DNA of 64,000 nucleotides from a virus (Duplodnaviria; Heunggongvirae; Uroviricota; Caudoviricetes): IMG/VR virus record IMGVR_UViG_2713896905_000004, positions 1 to 64,000 of that record; one strand, 5' to 3'. Shown piece by piece: positions 63,361 to 64,000 of this stretch (position 1 is its first letter; each line of letters starts with the position of its first letter). The notes under the pieces were generated by a model. It saw only the letters and a program-made list of their open reading frames with translations, ran no database searches and was not told where the DNA came from. The position numbers and the translations under genes were made by a program.

Positions 63361-63606
63361 TCAGTCAAATCCTGCCGGTCGCATGCCATATTTACGCTGT
63401 TTTGCGGCCTGCTCTTCCCTGTGCCATTGCGCACACTCAGCGTCACAATAGATGCCTGATTCGATCGGTTCATTGCAGTAACGACACTTCCCTGTAAATA
63501 CCTGGCTCACGACCTGTGCCTGCTTTCTGATGTTATCGATGGCCATGTCTTTGAGAGCTTCTAACTGATTCATGCTCAGCTCTGCATCATCAACACGTTC
63601 TGCCAA
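63361..63606 (-). CDS. small zinc-finger protein (81 aa)
   Basis: 'CRYCNEPIESGIYCDAECAQWH'. Confidence 0.5.
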   Translation of the reverse strand: MAERVDDAELSMNQLEALKDMAIDNIRKQAQVVSQVFTGKCRYCNEPIESGIYCDAECAQWHREEQAAKQRKYGMRPAGFD

Positions 63607-63752
63607 TTTTGTTTCCTCGTGAAGAACCTACTTAAGGGCAGAATGATACATTTCACAATCAAAATTGCACTAATAATTTTCTTTTATTGAGTTAAATATT
63701 CAACAAATGACTAGCGGTAGAATCACCATCATCTATTTCTGGCAGGCTGACT

Positions 63753-64000
63753 ATGGCTACATCAATCACTACAACCCAAAGCACCCGGCAATATCCTCTG
63801 TCGCGGTATGACGACCGCAACATAGCCGATCCAATACTCAGGGCAGAGCTACGCAAAGAGGTGATGCTTATGTGTGAATCGAACGACAAGAATCTGACGA
63901 TTTATTACGTTCTTCCCGATGAGCAATATCGCCCGGATTTGCTGGCTTACCGTATGTGGGGCATAGCAGAGCTACGCTGGGTTGTGACGCTCGCCGCCGG
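63753..64000 (+). CDS. hypothetical protein, 5' part (runs off window)
   Basis: ATG 63753 opening a frame that continues to the window end. Confidence 0.4.
   Translation, partial: MATSITTTQSTRQYPLSRYDDRNIADPILRAELRKEVMLMCESNDKNLTIYYVLPDEQYRPDLLAYRMWGIAELRWVVTLAA

Overview
This window is a contiguous stretch of a P1-like temperate phage-plasmid (Punavirus-type), read in reverse orientation to the usual P1 map. It is anchored by a near-identical Cre recombinase (39155..40186, minus strand), a perfect 34-bp loxP site (41009..41042), the C1 repressor and Coi, about ten C1-operator-like 17-mers, Phd/Doc, HumD with a consensus LexA box, the PacA/PacB terminase with a pac site of 3+4 TGATCA hexamers, the Dar antirestriction genes (2255-aa DarB, DarA, Hdf), a SAR endolysin, SSB, and a tail module (Sit transglycosylase, baseplate genes, tail fibre, tail-fibre assembly). 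All calls rest on motif recognition and recalled P1 layout, with no database search. The most interesting content is where this element departs from what I recall of canonical P1: (1) a macro-domain ORF translationally coupled to the tail-fibre gene and ending in fibre-tip-like His repeats; (2) a low-GC glycosyltransferase + O-acetyltransferase + XRE-like cassette where P1 carries cin and the invertible C segment; (3) a GNAT acetyltransferase and an unknown ORF where P1 carries its type III res/mod; (4) a protein with a DUF2829 (Tad2-like) C-terminal domain and a catalytically degenerate PacB paralogue in the ssb operon; (5) an immI-like operator/small-RNA/icd/antirepressor module next to c1; (6) a glycosyltransferase/phosphatase/nuclease cluster at the right end. 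Several of these are candidate anti-defence or lysogenic-conversion systems.
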